A stretch of 64,000 nt of DNA from Tepidiformaceae bacterium. GTDB lineage: Bacteria; Chloroflexota; Dehalococcoidia; Tepidiformales; Tepidiformaceae. Positions 52,525 through 62,544 of this stretch are shown in pieces. Location of the stretch: the NCBI GenBank assembly GCA_035326025.1, contig DAOKYT010000001.1, forward strand, positions 8,163 through 72,162. Direction: 5' to 3'. Numbering within the stretch: position 1 is the stretch's first letter; the number at the start of each line of letters is the position of its first letter. The position numbers and the translations under genes were made by a program. The notes beneath the pieces are model-generated. The model made no database searches. It saw only the letters and a list, made by a program, of their open reading frames with translations, and was not told the DNA's origin.

Positions 52525-54597
52525 TCAGCCCGCCGCTTCGGGTAGCTCGAACTCCACCACGATCTCCGACTGTGACGAGATCGGAGTCACCTGGACCGGC
52601 ACCACCAGCTCGAACAACCCCACGAAGCAGAGCGCCTCCGCGCCGGTCCGGCAGTAGTACGCCGAGACGGTCGCCGTCAAAGCGGCGGTCCCTTCGGACA
52701 ATACGACCGGCACCGGGAACGAGACGGCCTTCTCGTCGGTCGACCAGGTCAGGGTGCGCTCCCCGAGCTCCACCACCGAACCGTTGGAGGTCGCCAGCTC
52801 GAGCCTCGATGGGGCCGAAGCATTGAGATGGAAGTCCTCCGGGGTGGTGATCGTGAAGCGCAGGTTGCTCGCCCCCGGGGTCACCCGGCGCTCCGGGAGT
52901 TCGACTCTGGTCACGTGGCCGGGTGTCGCGCCGGCGATGGCCGAAAGGTTCGTGAGCGTCAGCGTCGATACCGACCCGGTCACCGGGTCGTAGACGCGCA
53001 CCAGGTGATTGTTCGTGTCGGCGATGTACACGAGCCCTCCGCCCGCGGAGAGTCCACCGGGTTCGGCGAACTTCACCTCCCCGGCAACCCCGTCGGACCA
53101 GCCCCTCTCCGAGCCCGCGGCCGTCCCCACCTCCCCGGAGACTGGCTCGTACACGCGCAGGCGGTGGTTATACGTGTCTGCCACATAGACTGCCCCATCG
53201 AGGAGCGCGAGGCCCTGCGGGTGCTGGAACTGGGCCTGCCGCCCGCGCCCGTCGCGGTCCCCGTAGTCGAAGAGTCCCGTGCCCACCAGCGTCTCCACAT
53301 CGCCTTCGCCCGCCAGCGGCACCCGCCGCAGCGCGCTCGATTCGGGGTCGACCCAGTACAGCCACTCTCCGTCCGTTGCCAGGCCGGAGGGCTGTGCCAG
53401 CGTCGCCATCGTCAGCCGCGGGCCATCGTCGATGCCTTCGCGGCTTGTCCCGGCGAACACCGAGACCTGCCGCGTAAGCAGGTCCAGGGACCAGATCTGG
53501 TGGATACCGGCCATGGAGATGAAGAGGTCGCCATCGGCCAGGACCACGTCCCATGGAGATGCCATCGCGGTTTCCAGCGCCGGCGCGGGACCCACCGGCC
53601 GCCGCTGGAGCTGCTGGCCGGTGCCCGCGAGGGTGCTCGTTTCGCCGCTCGCCAGGTCGATGGCCCGCACGGCGTGGTTGCGCGTGTCGGCGACAAAGAG
53701 CGTCGCGCCATCGGCCGAGAGAGCCAGGCCGTGGGGCTGGCGGAACGCGGCTTCGCCCGGGCCGCCATCAGCGAACCCCTCTTTGCCCGTCCCGAAGGCG
53801 CGCACCAGCGTGCCATCGAGTCTCGCCTCCAGGATGCGGTGGTGCCCGCTGTCGGCGATGAAGAGGCGGCCGCGCTCACCATCCGCCAGGACCTTGCCCG
53901 GGTAGGAAAGCACGGCCGTCGCCGGGGCGGCGGCCAGCGAGAGCGGGAGGGGCTTCGGCGAAAGCTGCCCCTTTTCGCCGAATTCGGCCACGAGCGATGC
54001 CATGATTGGCTGGAAGAGCGGGTACACGCCTTCGCCCGCGTGCCCGCCAACCAGGTTTCCGGCCGGGTCGATGAGCACCAGTGTCGGCCACGCGCTCGCG
54101 CCGAACGTCCGCCACACCACGAACTCGGGGTCGTTGATCACGGGGTGTTCGATGCCGAAGCGGCGGACGGCCTCGAGAATGCTCTCGTCCTCGTGCTCGG
54201 TCGCGTACTTCCCGGAGTGCACACCGATGACCACGAGGTTGTCGCCGAACTCCGCCTCGAGCCGTTTCAGGTCCGGGATGATGTGCTGGCAGTTGATGCA
54301 GCCCAGCGTCCAGAAGTCCAGCAGCACCAGCCGGCCCTTGAGTTCATCCAGCGTCAGCGGCCGCTCAACGTTGAACCAGGTGACATCGCCCGGAATCGCC
54401 GGGGCGGGCTCCGCCCCCGCCCATGAGCGCCGCGGCTCTTGTTGCTCCGCCACGTCAGTACCTCCGGCCGGTTCGGGCCGTGATCCCCCGCCGCTGCACG
54501 AGGCAACAGCCAGCGCGAGGGCCAGCGCGACACATGCAACCATGAGGCGGAGCGCCGGGAGGCGCGTGGGGCACGGCGTCCGAAGCATCCCCGCCAT
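52525..54597 (-). CDS. thioredoxin-like domain + NHL-repeat beta-propeller lipoprotein
   Basis: Lipobox LAVASCSGGG. Redoxin motif FWTLGCINCQH. Repeated NHL-type units (..P.GLA.....LYVADT.NH.IR..). Start trimmed to ATG 54597 (GGGAG RBS); the ORF-track start at 54780 would overlap pheS. Confidence 0.8.
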   Translation of the reverse strand: MAGMLRTPCPTRLPALRLMVACVALALALAVASCSGGGSRPEPAGGTDVAEQQEPRRSWAGAEPAPAIPGDVTWFNVERPLTLDELKGRLVLLDFWTLGCINCQHIIPDLKRLEAEFGDNLVVIGVHSGKYATEHEDESILEAVRRFGIEHPVINDPEFVVWRTFGASAWPTLVLIDPAGNLVGGHAGEGVYPLFQPIMASLVAEFGEKGQLSPKPLPLSLAAAPATAVLSYPGKVLADGERGRLFIADSGHHRILEARLDGTLVRAFGTGKEGFADGGPGEAAFRQPHGLALSADGATLFVADTRNHAVRAIDLASGETSTLAGTGQQLQRRPVGPAPALETAMASPWDVVLADGDLFISMAGIHQIWSLDLLTRQVSVFAGTSREGIDDGPRLTMATLAQPSGLATDGEWLYWVDPESSALRRVPLAGEGDVETLVGTGLFDYGDRDGRGRQAQFQHPQGLALLDGAVYVADTYNHRLRVYEPVSGEVGTAAGSERGWSDGVAGEVKFAEPGGLSAGGGLVYIADTNNHLVRVYDPVTGSVSTLTLTNLSAIAGATPGHVTRVELPERRVTPGASNLRFTITTPEDFHLNASAPSRLELATSNGSVVELGERTLTWSTDEKAVSFPVPVVLSEGTAALTATVSAYYCRTGAEALCFVGLFELVVPVQVTPISSQSEIVVEFELPEAAG

Positions 54598-54679
54598 CGT
54601 ACGCTCCCGCCCCGAATGGCCGCGTAAGGCCCCTCGGCGACGGACGCTAACCGCGCCACGCCCTATACTTCGAAGTCCC

Positions 54680-55738
54680 ATGCCTGATCGAGATCCGCGT
54701 ATCGAGAGCCTGCGCACCGAGGCGCTGGCAGCGCTCGCCTCGGCTTCCGACGAAGCCGGGCTGGAGCAGTGGCGCATCACCTATTTCGGTCGCCAGGATG
54801 GCCGGGTGAGCGCGCTCCTCCGATCGATCAAGGATGTCCCGGCCAGCCAGCGCGCGGCCTTTGGCGCCGCCGCGAACGCCGCCAGGGCCGAGCTTGAAGC
54901 CGCCTTCGATGCCCGCCGCGATGAGCTCAAGCGAGCGGCCCTGGAAGCGCTCACCACCCGGGCCGCCCTCGACGTCACCCTGCCCGGCAGGCCTCAGCCC
55001 CTTGGCCGCCTTCACCCGGTGACGCAGACCATGCGCGATTGCCTTGCCGCCTTCAGGGAGATGGGCTTCCGTGTCGCCGAAGGCCCCGAGGTCGAGTGGG
55101 CCCGCTATAACTTCGATGCCGCCCGCATTCCCGAGGATCACCCCGCCCGCGACATGTGGGACACCATCTGGGTGAACACGCTCGTCGATGGGCAGCGCAA
55201 CATGCTCCTTCGCACGCACACCACACCGAACCAGATCCGGGTGATGGAACGCACACCGGAACCACCGGTGCGCGTCGTGGTGCCCGGCAAGTGCTACCGC
55301 CAGGAAGCCACCGACGCGACGCACGAGTGGATGCTCACCCAGATCGAGGGCCTGGCGGTCGACGAAGGGGTCCGCCTGACGGACCTTAAGGGCGTGCTCT
55401 ACGGCTGGGCCCGCAAGATGTTCGGCGCCGACCGCAAGATCATCTTCCACCACAGTTACTTCCCCTTCGTCGAGCCCGGCATCGAGATGGCGATCGACTG
55501 CTTCATCTGCCGTGGCAATGGGGCCTCCTGCCACACCTGCCACGGCACCGGCTGGATCGAGATCCTTGGCGCCGGGATGGTCCACCCCGAAATCATCGAT
55601 AACGCCGGCTACGACTCCTCCCGGGTGACCGGTTTCGCATTTGGCGTTGGCGTCGAACGCGTCGCCCTCCTCCGCTGGGGCATCGAAGACATCCGGAACT
55701 TCTACGCAAACGACATCCGCTTCCTGAGCCAGTTTTAG
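54680..55738 (+). CDS. pheS: phenylalanine--tRNA ligase alpha subunit
   Basis: Starts MPDRDPRIESLR... Contains HPARDMWDT, LLRTHTTPNQIR, and FPFVEPG..GAGMVHP class II motifs. Start trimmed from ORF-track 54002. Confidence 0.95.
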   Translation: MPDRDPRIESLRTEALAALASASDEAGLEQWRITYFGRQDGRVSALLRSIKDVPASQRAAFGAAANAARAELEAAFDARRDELKRAALEALTTRAALDVTLPGRPQPLGRLHPVTQTMRDCLAAFREMGFRVAEGPEVEWARYNFDAARIPEDHPARDMWDTIWVNTLVDGQRNMLLRTHTTPNQIRVMERTPEPPVRVVVPGKCYRQEATDATHEWMLTQIEGLAVDEGVRLTDLKGVLYGWARKMFGADRKIIFHHSYFPFVEPGIEMAIDCFICRGNGASCHTCHGTGWIEILGAGMVHPEIIDNAGYDSSRVTGFAFGVGVERVALLRWGIEDIRNFYANDIRFLSQF

Positions 55739-55743
55739 GAGCT

Positions 55744-55770
55744 GTTGGCCGTTGGCTATTGGCCGTTAGC
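55744..55770. repeat. inverted-repeat arm (tandem heptamers), 5' side of the 4HB gene in the pheS-pheT spacer
   Basis: GTTGGCC GTTGGCT ATTGGCC GTTAGC begins 6 nt after the pheS stop. Confidence 0.88.
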
Positions 55771-55786
55771 AAGGAGCACAGGCTTT

Positions 55787-56230
55787 ATGCGACCGTTTCG
55801 GGAACTCAGAGTCTGGGAGGAATCCCATCAGCTCACCCTTGATGTTTACCGCGCGACGGGCTTGTTCCCGAATGACGATCGCTTTGCGCTGACGAGTCAA
55901 CTGCGCCGCGTTGCATATTCCGCGCCGTCTAACGTCGTCGAGGGCACATCGAGGGGAGACACGGAGTGCCGTCAGTTTCTCAGAGTTGCGCTCGGTTCTG
56001 CAGCCGAGCTGGAGCACGGCCTTCCTCTTGCGCGCGACATTGGCTACCTCGCCAACGCAGAACACGACTCCCTCACCGCAAGGACTCTGACTGTCAAACG
56101 GATGCTGAACGCCTTCATCGCCCGCATGAACGCAACTATCGATTCCCGCGCCAACAAGCTGCCCGTGGCCGGTAGCCAGCAGCCAGCGGCCAACGGCCAA
56201 CGGCCCGGCACGATGGAGCCGGCACCATGA
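55787..56230 (+). CDS. four-helix-bundle protein (23S rRNA intervening-sequence protein / Avd-like family)
   Basis: AAGGAG RBS. MRPFRELRVWEESHQLTLDVYRATGLFPNDDRFALTSQLRRVAYSAPSNVVEGTSRGDTECRQFLRVALGSAAELEHGL matches the PF05635/TIGR02436 pattern as I recall it. The C-terminal tail ..PVAGSQQPAANGQRPG.. is translated repeat-arm sequence. The stop overlaps the pheT ATG (ATGA). Confidence 0.8.
   Translation: MRPFRELRVWEESHQLTLDVYRATGLFPNDDRFALTSQLRRVAYSAPSNVVEGTSRGDTECRQFLRVALGSAAELEHGLPLARDIGYLANAEHDSLTARTLTVKRMLNAFIARMNATIDSRANKLPVAGSQQPAANGQRPGTMEPAP
56171..56201. repeat. inverted-repeat arm (tandem heptamers), 3' side of the 4HB gene
   Basis: The reverse complement reads GTTGGCC GTTGGCC GCTGGCT GCTGGCT ACC. 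13 nt (56189-56201) are perfectly complementary to 55744-55756, and the extension pairs with mostly G-U wobbles. Confidence 0.88.
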
Positions 56231-58647
56231 AACTGTCCCTCAACTGGCTTCGCGACTTCGTTGAAGTCGACCTGCCCGTTCCCGAGCTGGCCCGGCGCCT
56301 CATCGACGCCACGGCGGAGGTGGAGGGCTGGGAAACCATCGGGGCCCAATGGGATCCGGACAAGATCCGCGTGGCAAAGGTTCTCGCCGTTGAGCCCCAC
56401 CCCAACGCCGACCGCCTGCGCCTGGTCACCGTCGACGCCGGGAGTGGCACGCGGCAGGTGGTCTGCGGCGCGCCAAATGTGGCGGTGGGGCAAAAGGTGG
56501 CCTTCGCCACCGAGGGCGCGCGGCTGCGTGATGGCCACACTGGCGAGCCCACCGTGCTCAAGCTCCGCCCCATCCGCGGGGTCGAGTCCGCCGGCATGGT
56601 CCTCAGCGAGAAGGAGCTCGGCCTGAGCGAGGAACACGAAGGCATCCTCGTCCTGCCAGGGGACGCCGAGATTGGCCGCCCGCTCGCCGAGGTCCTCGGC
56701 GATGTGGTCTTCGACATCTCCACCTGGGCCAACCGCGCCGACCTGCTTGGCGTCCTCGGATTCGCCCGCGAGACGGCGGTGCTCACCGGCAAGGTGCTGC
56801 GCGAGCCCGATCGCTCGTACTCCGTCTCGGAGCGCCATGCCGGCGACTGCATCTCGGTGACTATCGATGCCCCCGACCTCTGCCGCCGCTTCACCGCCTC
56901 CGTCATCGAGAACGTCACCGTCGCGCCATCGCCCCGGTGGATGCAGGAACGCCTGCTCAAGGCCGGCATGCGGCCAATCAACAACGTCGTCGATATCACC
57001 AACTACGTGATGCTCGAGACGGGACAACCCCTCCACGCATTCGACTATGACCTCGTGCGCGGCAGGAAGATCGTCGCGCGGCGGGCCTCGCCCGGCGAAA
57101 AGCTGGTCACTCTCGATGGCGTCGAGCGCGAGTTCGACGCCGAAATGCTGCTCATCTGCGATGGTGGCGGGCCCGTCGGCATCGCGGGCGTCATGGGCGG
57201 CGGCAACAGCGAGGTGAGCGAACGCACCCGGAACGTCCTGCTCGAAGTCGCGAATTTTCGCGCCGGCTCCATCCGGCGCACGTCCACGCTCTTGAAGCTC
57301 CGCACGGAGGCGTCGCTGCGGTTCGAAAAGGGCATCGGCCCCGAGATGGCGGAGTATGCACAGCGCCGGGCCCTCCACCTGTTCGCACAGCTCACCGGCG
57401 GCTCGGTCGCCGCCGGCCTCGTCGATGTCTATCCCGGCAAGCAGCCACGGCCCACCATCATCGTCGAGTCCGAGCGTATCGCCCGGGTCCTGGGGATCGA
57501 TGTTCCCGTGGACGACGTGCGCCGGATCCTCACCGGCCTCGGGTTTGGTTGCCACTTCGTCCCACCCGGCACGTACAGCGTACAGCCGCCCGATTGGCGC
57601 CCGGACGTGGAAATCCCGGACGACGTCATCGAGGATATCGGCCGCATCCACGGGTACGACAAGCTTCCCGCGACCAGGTTGCGCGGTACCCTCCCCGACC
57701 CCGAGCCCAACCCGCTCATGGACCTCCGCGAACGCGTGCGCGACCTGGCCGCCGCAACCGGGTTCCAGGAGATCATCACCTACACCCTCACCGAAAAGGC
57801 AAAGCTCGACCTCATGGTGCCGCCTGGTGACCCGCTCCGCCACGAGCCACTGGCCGTCGTAAACCCGGTCGCGGCCCAGCACACGTACCTGCGCACCTCC
57901 GTCCGTCCCTCGGTGCTGGAAACGTTCGCAACGAACCGGCGGCATGCCGAGACCGGCCTGCGGCTGTTCGAGATCGGCTTCGAGTACCTGCCCGCGGAGG
58001 CCGACCTCCCCCACGAGCGTCCCGTGCTGTGCGCGGTCCTTGGCGGCCCGAGGGAGACGCGCTGGGGCCGGCCCGCCGCGGAGCACCTCGACTTCTTCGA
58101 CGCGAAAGGCGCCGTCGAGGCCATCTTCGACCGTCTCGGCATCCGCGTAACATTCGCGCCGCGCAACGAATTCGGCCTGCTGGAAGGCCACACGGCCGAG
58201 GTGCGCGCCGGCAAGGATGTGCTCGGCATCGTTGGCCAGGTGCACCCCGAGACCGCACGCGCATTTGACATCGACGAGCCCGTCTTCCTCGCCGAACTCT
58301 GGCTCGAGGACATGGTGCGGCATCTTCCCGAGCGCCCCGAGTACGCTGCGCCGTCGAAGTTCCCGGAGGTGCGGCAGGACCTCGCGCTCGTCGTCGACGC
58401 CGCAACCCCCGCTGGCCGCGTCCTGGAGCTCGTGCGCTCTCACCGGAGTGGCGGCGTCAGGATCCGTGCCGATGTCTTCGACGAGTACCGCGGCGCCGGC
58501 GTCCCCGAGGGCAAGAAGTCGCTTGCGCTGCGGCTGCGCTTCCAGGCCGGCGATCGGACGCTGACCGACAGCGATGTCGCGAAAATCCAGCAAGGGCTGC
58601 TGGTGCGGCTCGGGAAGGAACTCGGCGCCTCGCTGCGCGGCGGCTGA
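56227..58647 (+). CDS. pheT: phenylalanine--tRNA ligase beta subunit
   Basis: 806 aa. MKLSLNWLRDFV N-terminus, tRNA-binding OB domain, B3/4 and B5 domains, and a FDX-ACB C-terminus. Confidence 0.95.
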   Translation: MKLSLNWLRDFVEVDLPVPELARRLIDATAEVEGWETIGAQWDPDKIRVAKVLAVEPHPNADRLRLVTVDAGSGTRQVVCGAPNVAVGQKVAFATEGARLRDGHTGEPTVLKLRPIRGVESAGMVLSEKELGLSEEHEGILVLPGDAEIGRPLAEVLGDVVFDISTWANRADLLGVLGFARETAVLTGKVLREPDRSYSVSERHAGDCISVTIDAPDLCRRFTASVIENVTVAPSPRWMQERLLKAGMRPINNVVDITNYVMLETGQPLHAFDYDLVRGRKIVARRASPGEKLVTLDGVEREFDAEMLLICDGGGPVGIAGVMGGGNSEVSERTRNVLLEVANFRAGSIRRTSTLLKLRTEASLRFEKGIGPEMAEYAQRRALHLFAQLTGGSVAAGLVDVYPGKQPRPTIIVESERIARVLGIDVPVDDVRRILTGLGFGCHFVPPGTYSVQPPDWRPDVEIPDDVIEDIGRIHGYDKLPATRLRGTLPDPEPNPLMDLRERVRDLAAATGFQEIITYTLTEKAKLDLMVPPGDPLRHEPLAVVNPVAAQHTYLRTSVRPSVLETFATNRRHAETGLRLFEIGFEYLPAEADLPHERPVLCAVLGGPRETRWGRPAAEHLDFFDAKGAVEAIFDRLGIRVTFAPRNEFGLLEGHTAEVRAGKDVLGIVGQVHPETARAFDIDEPVFLAELWLEDMVRHLPERPEYAAPSKFPEVRQDLALVVDAATPAGRVLELVRSHRSGGVRIRADVFDEYRGAGVPEGKKSLALRLRFQAGDRTLTDSDVAKIQQGLLVRLGKELGASLRGG

Positions 58648-58662
58648 GCGCCCTCGCCCGGG

Positions 58663-59751
58663 TCAGACGCGCTCTTCGGCATGCCTGCCGCGTCCACGGA
58701 GGCTGAGCACTCGCGCGGAGTTCCACATCGAGGACCCGTAACCCAGCACCAGGACCAGGGCGATCGCGAACAGCCCCACGGCGCTACCGACCACGGCTGA
58801 GCCCATGCTCTTGTACCAGATGTGGGCCAGCAAGGCGCCCCCACAAAACACCACCGTGAGCGCGTAGGTGGCCAGTGTTACCTGCAGTGCCGAGAGCCCG
58901 AGCAGCCGTTCGATCCGGTCGTGGAAATGGTCGAAGTCCGCCAGCATGGGGTGCTTTCCATCCAGGAAACGGCGCAGGAAGGCCACCCCTGTGTCGAGGA
59001 GCGGCAGGCCCAACGCGACGACCGGGATGTAGAGCGGCACCCGGCCCGTCGAGTCGAGCGACCCCGCCACACTCAACCCGGCGATGGTGAACCCGAGCAG
59101 GTAGGCGCCGGAATCCCCGAGAAACCGGCTTGCCCTCGTCAGGTTGAACGGGAGGAACCCGAGCGAGGCGCCCGCCAGCGCGGCGAAGAGCATGGCAATC
59201 AGGTCGTGGCCGAGGTCCCACGCGATGTACGACATGGTAGCCGCCACCATGGCGCCAATCCCGGCCGCCACGCCGTCTCGCCCGTCGATGAGGTTAATCG
59301 CGTTGGTCACGGAGACGATCCAGAGGACCGTGACCAGCGGGTCGCTGAACCCCAGCTCGAGGGTCCCGCCTCCCGGCAGCGTCATCTGGCCAATCTGGAA
59401 GCCGCTCAGGTAGAGCACCACCGCCGCAGCCACCTGGGTAGCCAGCTTGACCGGCCAGTCGACATCGCGGAAGTCATCACGAGCACCCACGGCGCACACC
59501 GCGGCACCACACGCCGCGAGTGCCACGAGCTGCCGGAAATCGCCGGAAATGAAGTCGCGTGCCTGCTCCGAAAAGAGCGCCATCACGAACGGGGCCGCGA
59601 CGAACGCCGCCAGGATGCTCAGGCCGCCGATCTTGGGGATGAGCTCGCCCCGCCGGCCCGCCTTCGTCGGCAGCCGCAACAGCGCCGTCAACGGAAACGC
59701 GACCAGGAATGCGGCAACGGCTGTCCCGACTTCGAGGCCCAAGGATCGCAC
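58663..59751 (-). CDS. MraY/WecA-family polyprenyl-phosphate N-acetylhexosamine-1-phosphate transferase
   Basis: 362 aa, about 10 TM helices. Contains NAINLIDGRDG and ..FLGDSGAYLLGF. Confidence 0.85.
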   Translation of the reverse strand: MRSLGLEVGTAVAAFLVAFPLTALLRLPTKAGRRGELIPKIGGLSILAAFVAAPFVMALFSEQARDFISGDFRQLVALAACGAAVCAVGARDDFRDVDWPVKLATQVAAAVVLYLSGFQIGQMTLPGGGTLELGFSDPLVTVLWIVSVTNAINLIDGRDGVAAGIGAMVAATMSYIAWDLGHDLIAMLFAALAGASLGFLPFNLTRASRFLGDSGAYLLGFTIAGLSVAGSLDSTGRVPLYIPVVALGLPLLDTGVAFLRRFLDGKHPMLADFDHFHDRIERLLGLSALQVTLATYALTVVFCGGALLAHIWYKSMGSAVVGSAVGLFAIALVLVLGYGSSMWNSARVLSLRGRGRHAEERV

Positions 59752-59990
59752 CCTGCCGGCAAGTGCGCCGTCGCACGAATCCTACGCGCGATCGACCGGC
59801 CGGTCAGCCGGTAGCGGCCTTCCCTCCCCGGGCCCGGAGCTCGGCCATCGCCATGTTGCGTGTGACCGCGAGCCCGGGCGTTCCGCCGGTTCGTTGAGCC
59901 GGGCGCCCACCCATGGATCACCAGCACCGGGTAGCTGATGAGCGCGACGCCGAAACCGGGGCGTGCGCCGCCGGAGTTTGGGCAGCCCCA

Positions 59991-60596
59991 TCACGACCGA
60001 TCGCCTCCCCGGCCGGTGGGCTGTAACCCCTCGAGCATGATCGTCAGGTACATCGCAACCGATTCTTCCGGGCCCACCGGAAAGCGCTCCGGCATCATCT
60101 GGTGCAGCATCCCGTGGGCGAAGATGGTCGCGATCAATGCCTGCGCCGCCACGACGGGGTGGACGTCACCGCGGATGAGCCCGCGTTCCTGCGCGGCGGC
60201 CAGGTAGCGCTCCACCTGGTCCGAGACATAACGGCCGGTGCCGGTCAGCCGATCGTCGAGCGCGCGATGGTGCCCCCATTCGCCAAGGCTCGTGCGCACC
60301 GCGCGGTGCGCGGCGGCGAAGCCGGACAGCGTGGCGGTCAGAAACTGGCCAAGCTCGCCGGCCACGTCGCGCGGGGCCGCCGGCAGCGGTACCGCCGCCA
60401 GCATTGCGATCGAAGAGGCGACCTGCCAGTCGATTGCGGCCGCCAGCAGTTCTTCCTTGCTTGCGAAGTGACGGAAAAGCGTGACCTCGTTGACCCTGGC
60501 CCGGGCAGCGATCTTTCGCGTGGTGGCGCCGCGGAATCCCTCCTCGGCGAACACGGCGCTTGCTGCCTCAAGGAGCCGTTCGTGCACGTTGTCCAC
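59991..60596 (-). CDS. TetR/AcrR-family transcriptional regulator
   Basis: N-terminal HTH ..GFRGATTRKIAARARVNEVTLFRHFASKEELL. Confidence 0.85.
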   Translation of the reverse strand: MDNVHERLLEAASAVFAEEGFRGATTRKIAARARVNEVTLFRHFASKEELLAAAIDWQVASSIAMLAAVPLPAAPRDVAGELGQFLTATLSGFAAAHRAVRTSLGEWGHHRALDDRLTGTGRYVSDQVERYLAAAQERGLIRGDVHPVVAAQALIATIFAHGMLHQMMPERFPVGPEESVAMYLTIMLEGLQPTGRGGDRS

Positions 60597-60669
60597 GGAG
60601 CCAGCCTAGCGACCGCAAGCGCTTGCTTGCAATGACGCCGCCCCGTCCCGCCCGCTACCATCATCGTGA

Positions 60670-61176
60670 GTGCTCGAAGACCCCTCTGTCCAGCTTCGCA
60701 CCGGCCACGATCTCCCGCGGGCAAGCCTCGTGCTGGCTGCCGGAGAGGCCCGCAACCCGCACACCGAGATCTGGATGGGCGGCGCGCGCAGCCACGTCGG
60801 CGATCACGTTTCGGAAACCCTCCTCGCCGCGTCCTGGTTGGTGGACTGCGCGGGCGACATGTCTCAAGCCTACCGCACGGCCGCCGGCCTCTGGGTGTCC
60901 TGCGTCTTCGCCGACCACGATGGCCCACTTCCGCCCTGGCTCCGCATCGACCAGGTGGTCGCAGACGCCGCGAGGGCCGCACGCGGCGACCACCCGGAAC
61001 CGCCGCGGCGCATCTACGTGATGTGCACCCACGGCATGAACCGCAGTGGCCTGGTCACCGGCCTGGTGCTCCGGGAGCTCGGCATCGATGGCGCCGAAGC
61101 CATCGAGCGCATCCGCGCCGCCCGCCCCGGCGCGCTCTCGAACCTCCACTTCCGCGACATGCTCCTCTACTCCTGA
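60670..61176 (+). CDS. dual-specificity (Cys-based) protein phosphatase-like protein
   Basis: CX5R P-loop [11 protein letters not shown]. Start uncertain. The 3' end overlaps the trmD stop convergently by 10 nt. Confidence 0.62.
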   Translation: MLEDPSVQLRTGHDLPRASLVLAAGEARNPHTEIWMGGARSHVGDHVSETLLAASWLVDCAGDMSQAYRTAAGLWVSCVFADHDGPLPPWLRIDQVVADAARAARGDHPEPPRRIYVMCTHGMNRSGLVTGLVLRELGIDGAEAIERIRAARPGALSNLHFRDMLLYS

Positions 61177-61862
61177 GCCGCTTCGCCGTCGAGCAGGTCC
61201 GGCCGGCGTTCCCGGGTCCGTTGCAGCCGCTGCTCCTTCTTCCACTGCTCGATCTTCGCGTGGTGCCCGCTGAGCAATACCTCAGGCACCTCCCAGCCCC
61301 GGTACTCGGCCGGGCGCGTGTACTGCGGGTGCTCCAGCAGCCCATCGGCGAACGACTCATCCTCGGGCGAGACCTCGTCGCCGAGTGCCCCGGGGATGTG
61401 CCGCGCGACCGCGTCGATGAGCACCATCGCCGGCAGCTCGCCGCCCGTCAGGATGTAGTCGCCGATCGAGACCTCGCGGTCGACACAATGCTCGATGAAA
61501 CGCTCGTCGACACCCTCGTATCGCCCGCAGACGAGCACCAGCCGCTCGTTCCCGGCAAGTTCCCGCACCAGCCGATCGCTGAGCAGCTCGCCCTGGGGCG
61601 TCAGGTACACGACCAGCCCCGGCGGCCCATCCAGCCCCTGCACGAACTGCAGCGCCCGGTCGAGCACGTCGACGCGCATCACCATCCCCTGCCCGCCACC
61701 GAACGGGTAGTCGTCCACCGACCTGTGGCGATCGGTCGCGTGCTCGCGGATGTCGTGGATGTGCAGATCGAGCAGCCCGTCCTCGCGCGCCCGCTTGATG
61801 ATGGAGACATCGAGCGGCCCACGGAAGGCCTCCGGGAACAGGGTCAGGACATCGATTCGCAC
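61167..61862 (-). CDS. trmD: tRNA (guanine37-N1)-methyltransferase
   Basis: Starts [13 protein letters not shown] and contains ..[13 protein letters not shown].., GRYEGVDER and [14 protein letters not shown]. Confidence 0.93.
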   Translation of the reverse strand: MRIDVLTLFPEAFRGPLDVSIIKRAREDGLLDLHIHDIREHATDRHRSVDDYPFGGGQGMVMRVDVLDRALQFVQGLDGPPGLVVYLTPQGELLSDRLVRELAGNERLVLVCGRYEGVDERFIEHCVDREVSIGDYILTGGELPAMVLIDAVARHIPGALGDEVSPEDESFADGLLEHPQYTRPAEYRGWEVPEVLLSGHHAKIEQWKKEQRLQRTRERRPDLLDGEAAQE

Positions 61863-61919
61863 GGCAATGCCACCATTGCCGATCCACGATTCAGCGGCAA
61901 GGGCGAAGCAGGCGGCCGC

Positions 61920-62471
61920 TCAGTCTCCGGGCGCCACCACGAAGCCGGTGACGCCCTCAACGAACGCGGCCGGCGCCGTCGCGCCGCAACCGATTTCCAC
62001 GAGCACCACCTTCCCCGAAGTGCGTATCCACGCTGCCCGCCCGTCTCCGTTGCCGTCAACAAACACGACCCGGTACGTCTCGCCGACGATGTCATCGCTG
62101 TCGCGATAGACGGCGTAGAGCTTCCAGTGGTCCCCCGCGCTGCCTGCCCCAAAGAACGCCTCCGTCACCTCGCCAAACTGTTCCGGCACCCGGTATTCCG
62201 CATGGCAGGCGGTCACCTGGAACACCTCGGTGGTGTCCGTTGCGCCCTCCGGGCAGGGCAGTTCGCCCACGTCCGTGGTCCCGGCCGGCATGCATTCGCG
62301 CTCCACCGCTTCGAGCGAGTCGCGGAATGCGTCGCGGTCGCCATCCAGGACGACCCGGATCGTGGCATCGACGGCCGCGTTGCCGGTCCAGGCGTCGCGC
62401 TCGTCTCCGCCACAAGCCGCGGCGGCAATTGCCATCGCCAGAAGCACAGAAGACTTCAGAACGGGCATCAT
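61920..62471 (-). CDS. hypothetical lipoprotein
   Basis: Starts MMPVLKSSVLLAMAIAAAACGGDE (lipobox). No family recognised. Start trimmed from 62567. Confidence 0.5.
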   Translation of the reverse strand: MMPVLKSSVLLAMAIAAAACGGDERDAWTGNAAVDATIRVVLDGDRDAFRDSLEAVERECMPAGTTDVGELPCPEGATDTTEVFQVTACHAEYRVPEQFGEVTEAFFGAGSAGDHWKLYAVYRDSDDIVGETYRVVFVDGNGDGRAAWIRTSGKVVLVEIGCGATAPAAFVEGVTGFVVAPGD

Positions 62472-62544
62472 GCCGCGACCTGGCCCTGGAATCGTAGTCT
62501 GTTGCACCGGCGATGCAGCATACGGCCTTCCCCGGGCGCCGGCC

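Noticed and set aside
36087-56230. Diversity-generating retroelement, because both 4HB proteins belong to the Avd-like family.
   Set aside because: The window contains no reverse transcriptase and no template/variable repeat pair. The cassettes are about 20 kb apart, each in an unrelated operon junction.
56044-58593. 849-aa minus-strand ORF. Related cases are 52828-54426 on the plus strand, 20545-22098 on the minus strand and 16289-17368 on the minus strand.
   Set aside because: All are antisense to strongly supported genes (pheT, the NHL protein, DegT and ispF) and lack motifs.
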